From Lama glama (lineage: Eukaryota): a stretch of DNA of 64,000 nt. Made by a program: the position numbers and the translations under genes. Positions within the stretch are counted from its first letter, which is position 1. Each line of letters begins with the position of its first letter. Positions 63,780-64,000 of this stretch are shown here, piece after piece. Location of the stretch: positions 52,578,001-52,642,000 of the forward strand of contig CM052816.1 in assembly GCA_028534125.1 (NCBI GenBank), given 5' to 3'. The notes beneath the pieces were generated by a model that saw only the letters and a list, made by a program, of their open reading frames with translations, ran no database searches and had not been told where the DNA came from.

Positions 63780-63887
63780 ATGGATGACAATCTTCGCCAA
63801 AGCCCTCAGCTTCCTCCTCGGAAACTGCCAACACTTAAACTGACTCCAGCAGAAGAAGAAAGTAATTCCTTACGACTGTCACCCTGA
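63780..63887 (+). CDS. MTX3: MTX3 exon 9, coding part ([35 protein letters not shown])
   Basis: Acceptor TTTTCCACAG|ATG; stop TGA at 63885-63887; 3'UTR continues off the window. Confidence 0.95.
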   Translation: MDDNLRQSPQLPPRKLPTLKLTPAEEESNSLRLSP

Positions 63888-64000
63888 CAGTCATCATGCT
63901 TTGTATCCAAAGTAGTATAATTGTTGCAGTAATCTCACTAAGCGTGCGAAGGCAAACAAGAAAATGCTATAAATGGGTATAAGGAAGACTCTAAAACAAA

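Larger units (their letters stand above)
55865..63887 (+). other. MTX3: MTX3 gene span (complete CDS, 9 exons, 936 nt, 311 aa)
   Basis: Exons of 81, 70, 77, 93, 183, 77, 158, 89 and 108 nt splice in frame: [36 protein letters not shown]...[11 protein letters not shown], metaxin GST-like fold. Confidence 0.97.

Noticed and set aside
1..64000. CRISPR arrays, operons, defence systems, intact endogenous virus or NUMT
   Set aside because: No regularly spaced repeat-spacer array, long intronless ORFs or viral/mitochondrial-like genes were seen; the window is explained by two spliced mammalian genes plus TEs.

Overview
Mammalian genomic DNA, very probably camelid (alpaca/llama/camel), judged from five tRNA-Ala-like Vic-1-type SINEs and matching young L1 3' ends. 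The window holds two divergent (head-to-head) spliced genes. On the minus strand are coding exons 1-7 of thrombospondin-4 (THBS4; ATG at 21807, continuing off the left edge). On the plus strand is the complete 9-exon CDS of metaxin-3 (MTX3; 55865-63887, 311 aa). Each start lies in a CpG island. The ~34 kb between them and the introns are filled with nested transposon remnants (L1, CR1/L3, L2, MIR, MaLR/ERVL LTRs, Tigger1, MER5/20/45/53/58). I see no prokaryotic-type system, CRISPR array or novel large gene. The best leads are regulatory or isoform-level: a candidate in-frame 99-nt cassette exon in MTX3 intron 8, a candidate intronic-polyadenylation MTX3 isoform with a hydrophobic tail, an exon-8-skip 248-aa isoform, a perfect TISU element at the MTX3 start, a MEF2 pair upstream of THBS4, and the THBS4/MTX3 layout that mirrors THBS3/MTX1. 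Repeat family names come from recognising consensus motifs by eye, not from a database search.
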